In this document: positions 10,401 through 18,870 of the stretch, one piece after another
Layout of the letters: every line of letters begins with the position of its first letter
Numbering within the stretch: position 1 is the first letter of the stretch
Assembly (NCBI GenBank): GCA_965223265.1
Contig: OZ244999.1
Coordinates: forward strand, 8,672,001-8,736,000
DNA: 64,000 bases
Origin: Planctomycetota bacterium
Lineage (GTDB): Bacteria; Planctomycetota; UBA8108; SXIK01
Direction of reading: 5' to 3'
Made by a program: the position numbers and the translations under genes
Notes under the pieces: model-generated
What the model was told of the DNA's origin: nothing
Database searches by the model: none
Seen by the model: only the letters and a program-made list of their open reading frames with translations

Positions 10401-11041
10401 GCGGCAGCCGCTTGGGAGGTACACCTAGCTTTGAGTTTTCAGACGAGGCGTCGATTCTTGAGCCAGGCGCGTACGTTGTCCTCGTCAGAAACCTCGAGGC
10501 GTTCACTGCACGCTACGGGGATCGCAGGGTCGCTGGTGAATACTCGGGTTTCCTTGGCAACAACCAGCAAGAGCTGCGCTTTCGCGGGATACTCGGCGAA
10601 ACGGTGTTTGCGCTTGTGTACGACGATGGTTGGTACCCGTCGACAGACGGCGAAGGACACTCGCTGGTGCTCGTCGATCCAACCGTTTCCCCCGACGGTC
10701 TCAATGACCCGAGTGCTTGGCGTGCGAGCCACCAAATAGGAGGTTCTCCTGGCCGCGCAGACGCCGAGGCAGCGGCCCACCAGCGCATCGGTGATCTCGA
10801 TCAGGATGCGCGACTCACGGTCACCGATGCAATCCGGTTGCTTCTGTCGCTGCAGGGAGCCGTGGCGCTTCCTTGCGGCGAGGCGGGAAACCAGCAGCTG
10901 CTGGACGTCGACGGCACGGGGAAGGTCGATCTGAGCGACGGGATTCACTTGCTGCAGTTCCTTTTTCGCGGCAGCGAGTCGCCTCTGCTGGGCGGTGCGT
11001 GCCGGGAAATCCCGACCTGTCCCGACGTTTGCCTCGATTGA
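7421..11041 (+). CDS. Secreted CotH kinase-family protein with lamin-tail domains, Fn3-associated repeats and a C-terminal dockerin-like domain
   Basis: VVISEFMAAN/DWIE LTD; IRYTVDGSDP and IYYTIDGSDP repeats; CotH motifs KKSY, YVGLYVLMEKI, PIWDFN; second LTD SEIMYNP; GDLDQD..DVDGTGKVDLSD; exact start uncertain. Confidence 0.85.
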   Translation: MSRRERSPAESTTGSHVVTRNHRSSFHRSWVEAVLALCVIAAACTLSPLRLFASDVVISEFMAANGATLLDGDSEASDWIEVFNARDVPVSLAGWTLSDDPSVPQKWTFPEIELGAQSFLVVFASGKDRRDPAAELHTNFKLSRSGEYLALYDPLVEVATAFAPEFPEQRHDASFGTPMQLRATTVLDATTPARILVPMSAGDAPDEWVTPEYNDFVWMDSTMGVGYDQKDPATVDDLIETDLGESMRGFNASLLMRVPFVAPDLDTAAFFRMLVQLDGGFIAHLNGVEIARENAPARSSFRSSALESRPPAALRRVVEIPIPSGRDLLRPGENLLAIQVMNDERESPDLLFRPVLEVVVVDGFADATRFFSRPTPAWPNPPGGENGIARPPVFSRNHELFSGTFVVELASAVPQATIRYTVDGSDPDEFSALFSEALTLDASTHVIARAFEPGMVPSDPVRASYLAVDPAILEVDSDLPLVVLSTFGKLISPGGNSSVAVHVRVVGDAGGGGRVRLTDAPSFVGDGAIKTRGSTTLSRPKKSYGLELRDVFGDDLDAEILGMPAESDWVFYGPHQDTSLLRNAFIYEVSRSIGRYAARTRFCEVYLSQGQGSVSAADYVGLYVLMEKIKRGEERVDVEELRPVHATEPEVTGGYIIKRDRPDPGDLGFEAGGDTLRYVEPKEREITSEQKAWLTDYIDRFAQALEGPEYGYDEYIDVGSWIDHHLLNEFTINPDGFEHSTYMFKRRGGKLEAGPIWDFNLALGFGGSGPVGWSVNRFWIWWGRLLRDPAFQSQYKLRWRELRGGPMATDALLAVIDRHVDTIREAQARNFGAWPESEDADGWDADVEALKLWVRERVRWMDSDVLAKPVLSPEGGRVERGIEVSLSADEGQIYYTIDGSDPRGELHDPGPTAILYDAPIVVDGNTLLQARVRIDTEIWSGTSVGTYITDPLTVAPSEIMYNPTADPAGQAGFGPQDFEFIELVNFGGEPVDLRGSRLGGTPSFEFSDEASILEPGAYVVLVRNLEAFTARYGDRRVAGEYSGFLGNNQQELRFRGILGETVFALVYDDGWYPSTDGEGHSLVLVDPTVSPDGLNDPSAWRASHQIGGSPGRADAEAAAHQRIGDLDQDARLTVTDAIRLLLSLQGAVALPCGEAGNQQLLDVDGTGKVDLSDGIHLLQFLFRGSESPLLGGACREIPTCPDVCLD

Positions 11042-11076
11042 CAGCGCGTTGGTATGACTCGTCGATGAGGCGCGCT

Positions 11077-12264
11077 TCAGTCTGTGCCTTGGAGCGCCTT
11101 CACGAATTGGGCGCCGCCGCCGGGGAGAAGAGCATCAACACGGGCTGCGCGCAGAGGCGCCGGGCCGTTGGTTGGCTCGTGCCATGTGAGAAAGAGAGGC
11201 GCAGTGCATTCCGCGAGCAGAAAGGGTTGTAGAGCGAAGATGCCGACGACGATCGCCGCGATCGTGCGGTCGTCCCGCCGCCTCTCCCCAGTGCCGGCGT
11301 CCGCTTCACCTGCGCGTCGCGACGTGGGGACGGTTACGGCGACGACCGGTTTTGCGATGGCCGACGTGAACAGATCGAGTGTCCAATCGGAGTCGATCTG
11401 GGCGTTTTCGTGCTGCGCAAAGTCACTCGGTGAACTCGCGGACGATTGTCTGCGAGCGATCGGCTCACGTCTGGCGGCGAGCACCTTTTCGATATCGTTC
11501 AGCTGTTGTGCTTGTGGGAGGGCGTACAACTGACCCAGCAGGCTGATCGACCGAAGCGTGGTGAAGAGCTCTGATCGACACTCCGACTTGACCGTAGCGT
11601 CGTGATGCGCCTGACGAAAAGCGTCCTCCATGTGTCCGACGAGAACAGCGTGGCTCGTGAAGCGGGTGCTGTCGATCCCGCGCGCGCGAAGCAGGTTGAG
11701 ACTGCATTCACCTTCACGTCCGGCACGCTTCTTACGCAGGACCACGCCCGAGAGATCCGCGCCGGTGAAGTCCGCGCCATCGACGCCTTCACACCTCATA
11801 TCCGCGTCGACCAACCTTGCGTCTCGTAGCACCGCCGCTGTGAGGTCAGCATGCATGAGGTCGGCGCCGGTGAGATCAGCACCGGTGAGATCAGCGCGGC
11901 GAAAATTGGTCTCGACAATGCATGCGTTTTCAAAGCAAGCACCGACGAGGCGACTAGCGGTGAAATCTGCATCGCGCATCTCGGTTTCAGCCAAGGTGGC
12001 ACCGGAGAGGTCAGCTTGGCGAAAAACTGTGTCGCGCGCGTAGGCCCCGGTCAAGTCGGCCTGGCGTAAGTCTGCCGCCGTGAGATCGGTGTTGGCAAGG
12101 TCGACGCCGACGAGGACGGCGTCATGCAAATCGATCCCGTTAAGCTCCGCAAACACGATCTCCGCGTCGCTGAGATCGGGTCGCACACTGGGATGTCGTT
12201 GGCGCCATGCGTTCCACGCGTCGACGCCGCGGGCGAGGATGTTCAGTTCGTCTTGATTGGCCAT
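11077..12264 (-). CDS. Pentapeptide repeat protein
   Basis: MANQDELNILARGVDAWNAWR leader followed by many A(D/N)LXX repeats; unknown C-terminal region. Confidence 0.85.
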   Translation of the reverse strand: MANQDELNILARGVDAWNAWRQRHPSVRPDLSDAEIVFAELNGIDLHDAVLVGVDLANTDLTAADLRQADLTGAYARDTVFRQADLSGATLAETEMRDADFTASRLVGACFENACIVETNFRRADLTGADLTGADLMHADLTAAVLRDARLVDADMRCEGVDGADFTGADLSGVVLRKKRAGREGECSLNLLRARGIDSTRFTSHAVLVGHMEDAFRQAHHDATVKSECRSELFTTLRSISLLGQLYALPQAQQLNDIEKVLAARREPIARRQSSASSPSDFAQHENAQIDSDWTLDLFTSAIAKPVVAVTVPTSRRAGEADAGTGERRRDDRTIAAIVVGIFALQPFLLAECTAPLFLTWHEPTNGPAPLRAARVDALLPGGGAQFVKALQGTD

Positions 12265-12470
12265 GGGGCGAAGGTCAAGTACGCCTCGTTGTGTCTCGTC
12301 ACTAATTCGCAAGCTGAAATGGTAGGAAAGCGCCTCGGGAGATGCCACAACAGCGCCTCGGCGCGAGCGCCCGCGGTCGGCCGCTCGCCCCTCCGCGACG
12401 GCAGCACACAGCGTTCCGAGAATTTGCCATCGCACTCTTTTTTTGGGCGGCACCGCCCGAAAGCAAGGCC

Positions 12471-13268
12471 ATGGACTCCTTTGCTCTCAAACTGACCCTG
12501 GCGTCGTTCATCAGTCTGGCCGTCTTTGCGTGCATGAGGCGCTGGCTCCCGGCTGATGCGGCCGAGCCGAGAAGCAGACGTGATCTTTCCACCGCGGAGC
12601 AGCGCCGTTTCGCACGGCTTGAAATCACCTTAGCGCTGTACGCCGTGCTTGCGGCTCCCGCAGCGATTTACGTTTGGTATGAGCTTCTGGGTTCCGTTCA
12701 GAAGAGTTGGATCGACGGCCGGGGGCCAGCTGAGTTCGAGTTGACTCCACTCCCGATCGTCTGTTGGCTCTATGCCTTCTTTGCCGGCTTGATCACCGTG
12801 TGGTACGCAGTCGATCTCGCTGCACGTCCGCTCCTTCGTGGGCCGCGCGAAGAGGCGACTTTTCGCGCCTACTCGAACGCACAGCTGGGATACGACGGGC
12901 GGCGTGGCCGCCGGTGGTTCTCCTGCGTTGTGGCTAGCGGCACAGCTCTCTTTTTTTCTCTTGGCCTCGACACTTACCTCCGCGTGACTCAGGACTCGAT
13001 CGTTGTCGATTCCTACTTTAGCCTCTTCGCACGCCGGTACGACTATGACGACGTGCGCGCTGTATACCTGGCATCGCATCGAATCGCTCCCATCGGAAAG
13101 GAAGTCTCAAACGCCCATTACGTCGTCGACTTTGCCGACGGCAGCCGTTGGCGCAGCACCGACGGGCTCCGTTCGACAACAGGACACGATGACCGTGCCA
13201 TGCGTTTGATCTCCAGGCGCAGCGGTGTCCCTCTCGACTTTGTCCGTCTTCCACCGGACGTGGAGTGA
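12471..13268 (+). CDS. Hypothetical membrane protein
   Basis: Four hydrophobic segments and a C-terminal soluble domain; ATG 12471 after AAGG. Confidence 0.7.
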   Translation: MDSFALKLTLASFISLAVFACMRRWLPADAAEPRSRRDLSTAEQRRFARLEITLALYAVLAAPAAIYVWYELLGSVQKSWIDGRGPAEFELTPLPIVCWLYAFFAGLITVWYAVDLAARPLLRGPREEATFRAYSNAQLGYDGRRGRRWFSCVVASGTALFFSLGLDTYLRVTQDSIVVDSYFSLFARRYDYDDVRAVYLASHRIAPIGKEVSNAHYVVDFADGSRWRSTDGLRSTTGHDDRAMRLISRRSGVPLDFVRLPPDVE

Positions 13269-13270
13269 AC

Positions 13271-13307
13271 CGCACGCGAAAGAGCGTTTTCGTGGGCGCA
13301 TTTTTTT
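13271..13307 (+). terminator. Possible intrinsic terminator
   Basis: CGCGAAA..TTTCGTG hairpin followed by T7 just after the stop codon. Confidence 0.4.
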
Positions 13308-13329
13308 GGCGTTGCTCGAACATACGCGA

Positions 13330-13620
13330 GTGCGTGTGTGCCGTATCTGGACCCCATTGTTGCAAAAGAGAAGCGATTCTAAGCCATGCGGGTTGCATGT
13401 GCGTGCCGTCGTTCGGGGTCGTTTGCTTCTGTTCAAGATTCCAGAGATCAGAAGAAGGGTTGAACAAGAGGAAACGAAGTCAACGAAGGAAGACCGTCCA
13501 AAGGAGCAGGCACACGCCGTGTGCCGTCCAGTCAGGCACACTCCGATCCCATTTCTTCAAAAGAAAAGCGCTTCAAGGCCATGCGCGATTGCCATTGCGT
13601 GTCTCCGCCTCTGCCTCCTC
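13330..13620. repeat. Degenerate composite repeat locus (two ~46-bp modules, REP copy, hexamer remnant)
   Basis: 13351-13396 and 13548-13592 resemble the reverse complement of 45285-45331; REP GGAGCAGGCACACGCCGTGTGCCGT at 13503; TCCGCCTCTGCCTC near 13605. Confidence 0.7.
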
Positions 13621-13666
13621 TTCTCTTCACGCCGATCCCTCACCACCGCTGCGGCGTGCTCGTCGA

Positions 13667-14302
13667 TCATCGACGCCGATACTCGAGATAGTAGATCTTC
13701 GATCCCAATTCCCTGAACTTTGTCTCGAACGGCGTAGGATAAGGCTCGAGAGGGGCGGTGGCGAACGCGCCTCGGCCGTACCGGTTGTCGAGGTTTGGTG
13801 TGGCATCGAGAACTTCTAGCATCTGATGAGCGTACGCCGAGGAATCTGTCCGCAGGGAGAGTCCTCCCCCAGGTTGAAGAAGGCGGCTAAACGTCCGTGC
13901 GTTCTCTTCGCGCACAAGACGCTTCTTCGCGTGCCGTCTTTTGGGCCACGGATCTGGATGGTTGATATAGATATGGTCAACGCTCTCGCTTCGGAAGATG
14001 CGTTGAATGACCGTTGTGGCATCCACGGGAAGCATGCGAATGCAGTCGAGCTCCGCAGCTTTCACCTTTTTCAAGAACTTGAGTGTTCTTCTGGCGCAGT
14101 ATTCGAAGCCAACGTAGCAGTACGCCGGTGAACGCCGTGCGACCTCAATGAGGAATGGGGAATTGCCAACACCGATCTCTATGCGGAGCGGTCCATCTCG
14201 GGAGAACACTCGGTCCCATTCGACGATGCCTTGGCTGTCGCAAGGCAGTTCGTCTAAGTTGAGGCGGTACTCTGTGGTGAGGTTCTTGAGTTTTCGAGGC
14301 AT
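13667..14302 (-). CDS. trmB: tRNA (guanine-N7)-methyltransferase
   Basis: EIGVG, HPDPWPKRRHAKKRL, RTD, TPFE motifs. Confidence 0.92.
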   Translation of the reverse strand: MPRKLKNLTTEYRLNLDELPCDSQGIVEWDRVFSRDGPLRIEIGVGNSPFLIEVARRSPAYCYVGFEYCARRTLKFLKKVKAAELDCIRMLPVDATTVIQRIFRSESVDHIYINHPDPWPKRRHAKKRLVREENARTFSRLLQPGGGLSLRTDSSAYAHQMLEVLDATPNLDNRYGRGAFATAPLEPYPTPFETKFRELGSKIYYLEYRRR

Positions 14303-14304
14303 GT

Positions 14305-14477
14305 CAGCCCGTAGAAGAAGTCAATCGGCCGAGAAGTGGAGCCCGTCACACTCAGTCGGCCATGCCAAAAACTCACCGCCATCACGTTGCAGAAGAGGCC
14401 CGGAGATCACCTGCGTTTGTCACGGCCGACTGGCGAATGACTCGGTTTTCGACTCGAAGCACTTCTTCGACAGCCTG
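14305..14477. mobile_element. MITE family A copy (non-autonomous, degenerate TIRs)
   Basis: Left end CAGCCCGTAGAAGAAGTCAATCGGCCGAGAA and right end TTTTCGACTCGAAGCACTTCTTCGACAGCCTG match the ends of 56554-56712. Confidence 0.7.
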
Positions 14478-14561
14478 GTAGCCGGATAACGCTTTGGCAA
14501 GGGAAGGCAAGCCAGTTGCGGCGCTCGTTCTCAGCGGACCTGAAGACGGTCAAGTGACCGC

Positions 14562-15452
14562 TCAGTAGAGGTACTTTGGCCGCTGCGGCAGCCCTGAGCT
14601 TTCGCTACGAGAGACCTCGGGCAGCTCGAGAATAGCCTCGTAGACCTCTTCGATTACCTCGTAGGGAGTCGAGGTGCCTGCTGTGATGCCGACGTGCTCA
14701 TGTCCCTCAAACCACTCACTCTTGAGCTCGGATGCCCGTTCGATGTGATGTGAACGGACACCGAGTTCGTCGCACACGAGCTTGAGCTTTTTCGTGTTCG
14801 AGGAGTTGTATCCGCCGACGACGATCATGAGGTCCACCTGCTCTGCAAGCTCGCGCACGGCGACTTGGCGGTCCTTGGTCGGTTGGCAGACCGTGTCGGT
14901 GAAGGCAACGGTCGCGTTTGGGAAGCGCGTCCGGATCAGTGCGACCATTTCACGGACGAAGTCGATCTGCTGGGTCGTTTGCGAAACGATTCCGATCTTG
15001 TCTCGCCCCGCGAGCTTGTCGATTTCTTCGGGTCCGCCTAGAACTGTATAGTCGACGAGATCGCCGACGATGCCCCGGACTTCCACGTGTGTGGACTGTC
15101 CAACCACTACCGGATGAAAACCATTGCGCACGAACTCCGCGATCGACTTGTGAACTCGCAGGACGAGCGGACAACTCGCGTCGATCACGCGATGTCCCAT
15201 TTCCATCGCACGTTCGCGGACGCTTTCGGCTGCACCGTGAGCTGTAATCATGACGTTGCGCGTCGGTATATCGCGTTCGAGATTGTCGACCAGCCGCACG
15301 CCGTTCTTCCGCAGCCGATCAACTGTCTGCGGGTTGTGAACGAGCTGACCTATGACGGTCAAATCGTCCTTGTAGAGAGGGTCGAGCGCAAGATCGATGG
15401 CATCCTGCACGCCGAAGCACGTGCCGAGCGCTTTTGCCACCGTAACTCTCAT
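14562..15452 (-). CDS. ispH: 4-hydroxy-3-methylbut-2-enyl diphosphate reductase
   Basis: GTCFGV, VHN, AHG, DASCPLV, SQTT, DTVCQPT, SSNT, TAGTSTP. Confidence 0.95.
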   Translation of the reverse strand: MRVTVAKALGTCFGVQDAIDLALDPLYKDDLTVIGQLVHNPQTVDRLRKNGVRLVDNLERDIPTRNVMITAHGAAESVRERAMEMGHRVIDASCPLVLRVHKSIAEFVRNGFHPVVVGQSTHVEVRGIVGDLVDYTVLGGPEEIDKLAGRDKIGIVSQTTQQIDFVREMVALIRTRFPNATVAFTDTVCQPTKDRQVAVRELAEQVDLMIVVGGYNSSNTKKLKLVCDELGVRSHHIERASELKSEWFEGHEHVGITAGTSTPYEVIEEVYEAILELPEVSRSESSGLPQRPKYLY

Positions 15453-15651
15453 CTTTCGAGCTCCTTCCGTCCGCGAAACGCCCCGATCTCATTCTTGGGT
15501 CTTAGCAGCGTTAGATCATTTTTCGAGCAACAGCTCAAGTTACGGCGCGAGCGGCCAAGATGCCTGCTGTCGTGGAGGCCTGGCCGCCTAGCAGCCGCGC
15601 CCTGAGGACCGAACACGGCGCGATTGAAATCGCTTCCTGAACTCACCTGAC

Positions 15652-15680
15652 TTGCCAACCCCGGGTTGGTGTCCGATAAT
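15652..15680 (+). promoter_or_regulatory. Candidate sigma70 promoter
   Basis: TTGCCA-N17-GATAAT upstream of the nucleotide-sugar dehydrogenase. Confidence 0.4.
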
Positions 15681-15960
15681 CCACGGCCGTAATCTGAAGG
15701 AAACGTACGCGACCGGAGAAAGGTGCGGAAGCGTGCGGGATTTCACCACGATCAACGAGCGGCAATTCTATCTTTGCGGATAAGGTGAGTAAAGAGTTTT
15801 TGGTTGCGGCTCGATCTATGATTTACGCTCCACTCTGGAGCGCAGCGAAGGAGTCACTCCCCCCCGACAACTCACACGGATCGTACTCATGATAGGTAGC
15901 GACGTCGACGAAAGCACCAAGTCGTTGAGCCCGGTAGAACAGTCCCTTAAGGGCGAGGAA

Positions 15961-17277
15961 ATGAAGCAACAGCTGTTGGAGGCGATCCAGAACCGCACTG
16001 CGAAGGTTGGGGTGATCGGGCTTGGCTACGTCGGTTTGCCGCTCGTCGAAGCTTTCGGCCGCGCGGGATTCCCCGTCCATGGTTTTGATATCGACGCTGC
16101 GAAAGTCGATCTCCTTCGTAAGGGCGAGTCGTACATCTCGCGTGTCTCATCTGATTGGATCAAGTCGAGCCAGAGCGACGGCCAAGTTCACGTAACGACT
16201 GATTTCCGTCATCTTCAAGAGATGAACGCGATCCTCGTTTGTGTCCCGACGCCGCTCACCAAGGCACGCGAACCCGATCTCTCGTATGTCCGCGCGACCA
16301 CCGGGGAGATCCGACGTTTTATCGAGCGCGGACAGTTGATCGTGCTCGAGAGCACGACATATCCTGGCACCACAGAAGAAGTCATCAAGCCGATTTTGGA
16401 AGAGACCGGCCTCGATTCTGGCTCCGATTTCTTCCTGGCGTTTTCACCTGAACGAGAGGATCCAGGGAACCCGAATTTCACGACAAGCACGATTCCCAAG
16501 CTCGTCGGCGGTGTCGACGATGCGAGTGGCGACCTCGCCCACGCTTTGTATTCTGCGTCGATCGAGCGAGTCGTCAAACTGAGTCACGCCAAAGTCGCTG
16601 AGGCCGCGAAGATACTCGAGAACATCTATCGGGCGGTCAACATCGCGCTCGTGAACGAGCTCAAAGTGTTGTTCGATCGGATGGGCATTGACGTCTGGGA
16701 GGTGATCAGTGCGGCGTCGACGAAGCCGTTTGGTTTTCACCCTTTTTACCCGGGGCCCGGACTTGGTGGTCACTGCATACCGATTGACCCTTTCTACTTG
16801 ACTTGGAAAGCGCGTGAGTTCGATATGGCAACGCGTTTTATCGAGCTCGCCGGCGAGGTGAACACGCAGATGCCATACTTCGTGGTCGGCAAGCTGACGG
16901 AAGCGCTCAACAAGCGCAGTCGTCCGCTCAACTCGAGTCGCGGCTTGATCATCGGAGTGGCCTACAAACCTGACATCGAGGACGTTCGCGAGTCGCCGGC
17001 GTTCAAGATCATGGAGTTGCTCCAGGCTTCGGGCGTGCAGCTGAGTTACCATGACCCGTTCGTGCCTAAGCTTCCTGTCATGCGGCACTACGAGGTGGAT
17101 GCGGAGCCCGTTGCCCTCACCGAGGAAACGCTGGCGGCCCATGATTTCTCTTTGATCGTCACCGACCACAGCGGGGTCGACTGGGACTTGGTCGTCGCTG
17201 CCTCGCCGCTCGTCGTCGACACACGGAACGCCACTCAGAACGTCGCGCAGCACCGCGACAAGATCGTCAAGGCATAG
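15961..17277 (+). CDS. UDP-N-acetyl-sugar 6-dehydrogenase (WecC/WbpA-like nucleotide sugar dehydrogenase)
   Basis: GLGYVG, CVPTP, LESTTYPGTT, FSPER, GLGGHCIPIDP, AYKPDIEDVRESP. Confidence 0.92.
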   Translation: MKQQLLEAIQNRTAKVGVIGLGYVGLPLVEAFGRAGFPVHGFDIDAAKVDLLRKGESYISRVSSDWIKSSQSDGQVHVTTDFRHLQEMNAILVCVPTPLTKAREPDLSYVRATTGEIRRFIERGQLIVLESTTYPGTTEEVIKPILEETGLDSGSDFFLAFSPEREDPGNPNFTTSTIPKLVGGVDDASGDLAHALYSASIERVVKLSHAKVAEAAKILENIYRAVNIALVNELKVLFDRMGIDVWEVISAASTKPFGFHPFYPGPGLGGHCIPIDPFYLTWKAREFDMATRFIELAGEVNTQMPYFVVGKLTEALNKRSRPLNSSRGLIIGVAYKPDIEDVRESPAFKIMELLQASGVQLSYHDPFVPKLPVMRHYEVDAEPVALTEETLAAHDFSLIVTDHSGVDWDLVVAASPLVVDTRNATQNVAQHRDKIVKA

Positions 17278-17344
17278 TCGGCGGGCGTTGGAGATCTTCG
17301 CTGCGAGCGTCTCCGCGTGGTGCGCCTCGACGCGCCGTCTCTCA

Positions 17345-18073
17345 CTACGCGCTGGCGCGAGGCTGCGCAGACTCCGGAGCTAGGCTGGCGATCGATTCGA
17401 GGACCTGGTCGGTCAAGGCGTTGATTTGATCTCGAGATGACTTGCCACCTTCTGCTGCCGGGACGATGGGGTCGCCGCGATACACGAAGGTTGCCGACGG
17501 CATGAGCAGACCTTTGGCGATCGAAGGGGACGTCGACGTGCTGGAAATGTAGAACGGCACGATAGGAGCTTGAGACCTAAGCGCCAGGAGTGCGACGCCG
17601 CCCTTGCCATCGAAAGGGTCGTCGGGTTCGCGGATTCCACCCTGCGGGAAGATTCCGATGATCCTCCCTTCTTTCAGCACTCGAAGGGCCTGTTTTGTTG
17701 CCGCCAGATCTTGTCCGTTGCGATTGACCGGAATGCAGCCGAGCGCACGAAAAAACCATCGGCAACCGACGATCTCGTAGTACTCGCGGGCCATCAGAAA
17801 ATGGATGCGCCGGCGAGTCAGCACAGAGAGAAGAACGGGATCGACACTCGAGTGGTGATTCGCGACAACGATCGCAGCTCCCGCTGCAGGCAAAGGATCG
17901 ACTCCGTCGACGTTGGAGCGAAGCCGGTGAAACGTGCGCGTGTAGGCCCACGCGAAAACGCGAATCGTCGTCACGACAACGGAATCTTCGGGGCCGCGCA
18001 GCCCGATCCAGAGCGCGCCGAACAGCGTTAGGGCGATCGCTGCAGCGACGATGACGGCTGTCTGGAATGTCAT
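17345..18073 (-). CDS. 1-acyl-sn-glycerol-3-phosphate (lysophospholipid) acyltransferase
   Basis: NHHSSVD (HX4D) and FPQG motifs. Confidence 0.88.
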   Translation of the reverse strand: MTFQTAVIVAAAIALTLFGALWIGLRGPEDSVVVTTIRVFAWAYTRTFHRLRSNVDGVDPLPAAGAAIVVANHHSSVDPVLLSVLTRRRIHFLMAREYYEIVGCRWFFRALGCIPVNRNGQDLAATKQALRVLKEGRIIGIFPQGGIREPDDPFDGKGGVALLALRSQAPIVPFYISSTSTSPSIAKGLLMPSATFVYRGDPIVPAAEGGKSSRDQINALTDQVLESIASLAPESAQPRASA

Positions 18074-18681
18074 ACCTTATCCTGATCAGTCACGCCGTCC
18101 GCGGCGGCAGATCGTTCCGCATCGGTCGGCGCACGGTAGAAGAGTACTCGTGACTCGCCGTATTTCTTCTCGAGGGTCGGAGGTTGGGGACGAGTCCCCT
18201 TCCACCGTGTTGGCAATCGGACAACTGTCCAGCCTTCTCGCGCGGTGGCTTCAATGGCGTCGTCGACGCGCCGCCACAGCGTCTCGGTCAACCTCGATGA
18301 CGACAGCATACTAAACGGTGGATCCAGGAATATTAAGGCGTAACGATCGTCTTCGCGTGCCCTGAGGGGCGGTTGCCTGAGCGCGTCGGCTTGGAGTAAC
18401 TCGCAGCGGGTCGTGAAGCCGAGCGTCAGCACGTTTCGTTTGAGTACCACCAGTGCTTCTGGGTCGAGTTCGACGAATAGCGCGCGCCGTGCGCCGCGGC
18501 TGATCGATTCGAGACCGAACGCCCCGGACCCTGCGAACAAGTCGAGCACGTTGCCGCCGGCGAGGGACTCTCCCACGATGGCGAAGATCGACTCGCGAAT
18601 GCGGTCGAGTGCCGGACGAACGGCGGTCTCAGGCGGAACCTCGAGACGCCGTCCTCGGGCTTCTCCCGCGATGATGCGCAT
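18070..18681 (-). CDS. rsmD: 16S rRNA (guanine(966)-N2)-methyltransferase
   Basis: MRIIAGEARGRRL, DLFAGSG, FLDPPF, KKYG. Confidence 0.9.
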   Translation of the reverse strand: MRIIAGEARGRRLEVPPETAVRPALDRIRESIFAIVGESLAGGNVLDLFAGSGAFGLESISRGARRALFVELDPEALVVLKRNVLTLGFTTRCELLQADALRQPPLRAREDDRYALIFLDPPFSMLSSSRLTETLWRRVDDAIEATAREGWTVVRLPTRWKGTRPQPPTLEKKYGESRVLFYRAPTDAERSAAADGVTDQDKV

Positions 18682-18870
18682 CAGCGACCCTTGCGGCTAA
18701 AAAGTCATTCCTCGTGGTTTCGACGCGGGCTAGCAAGGTAACGTAACACGAATGCACTCGGGAGCGGCACTCTCGGTCTTCTCTGCTCTCGATTTTGGCA
18801 TCTGAATGGCGCCAGGGAATTGCCGACGCGGCCTGACGACGTTCCTCGCCGACGAGGCGGACCGATTTGG

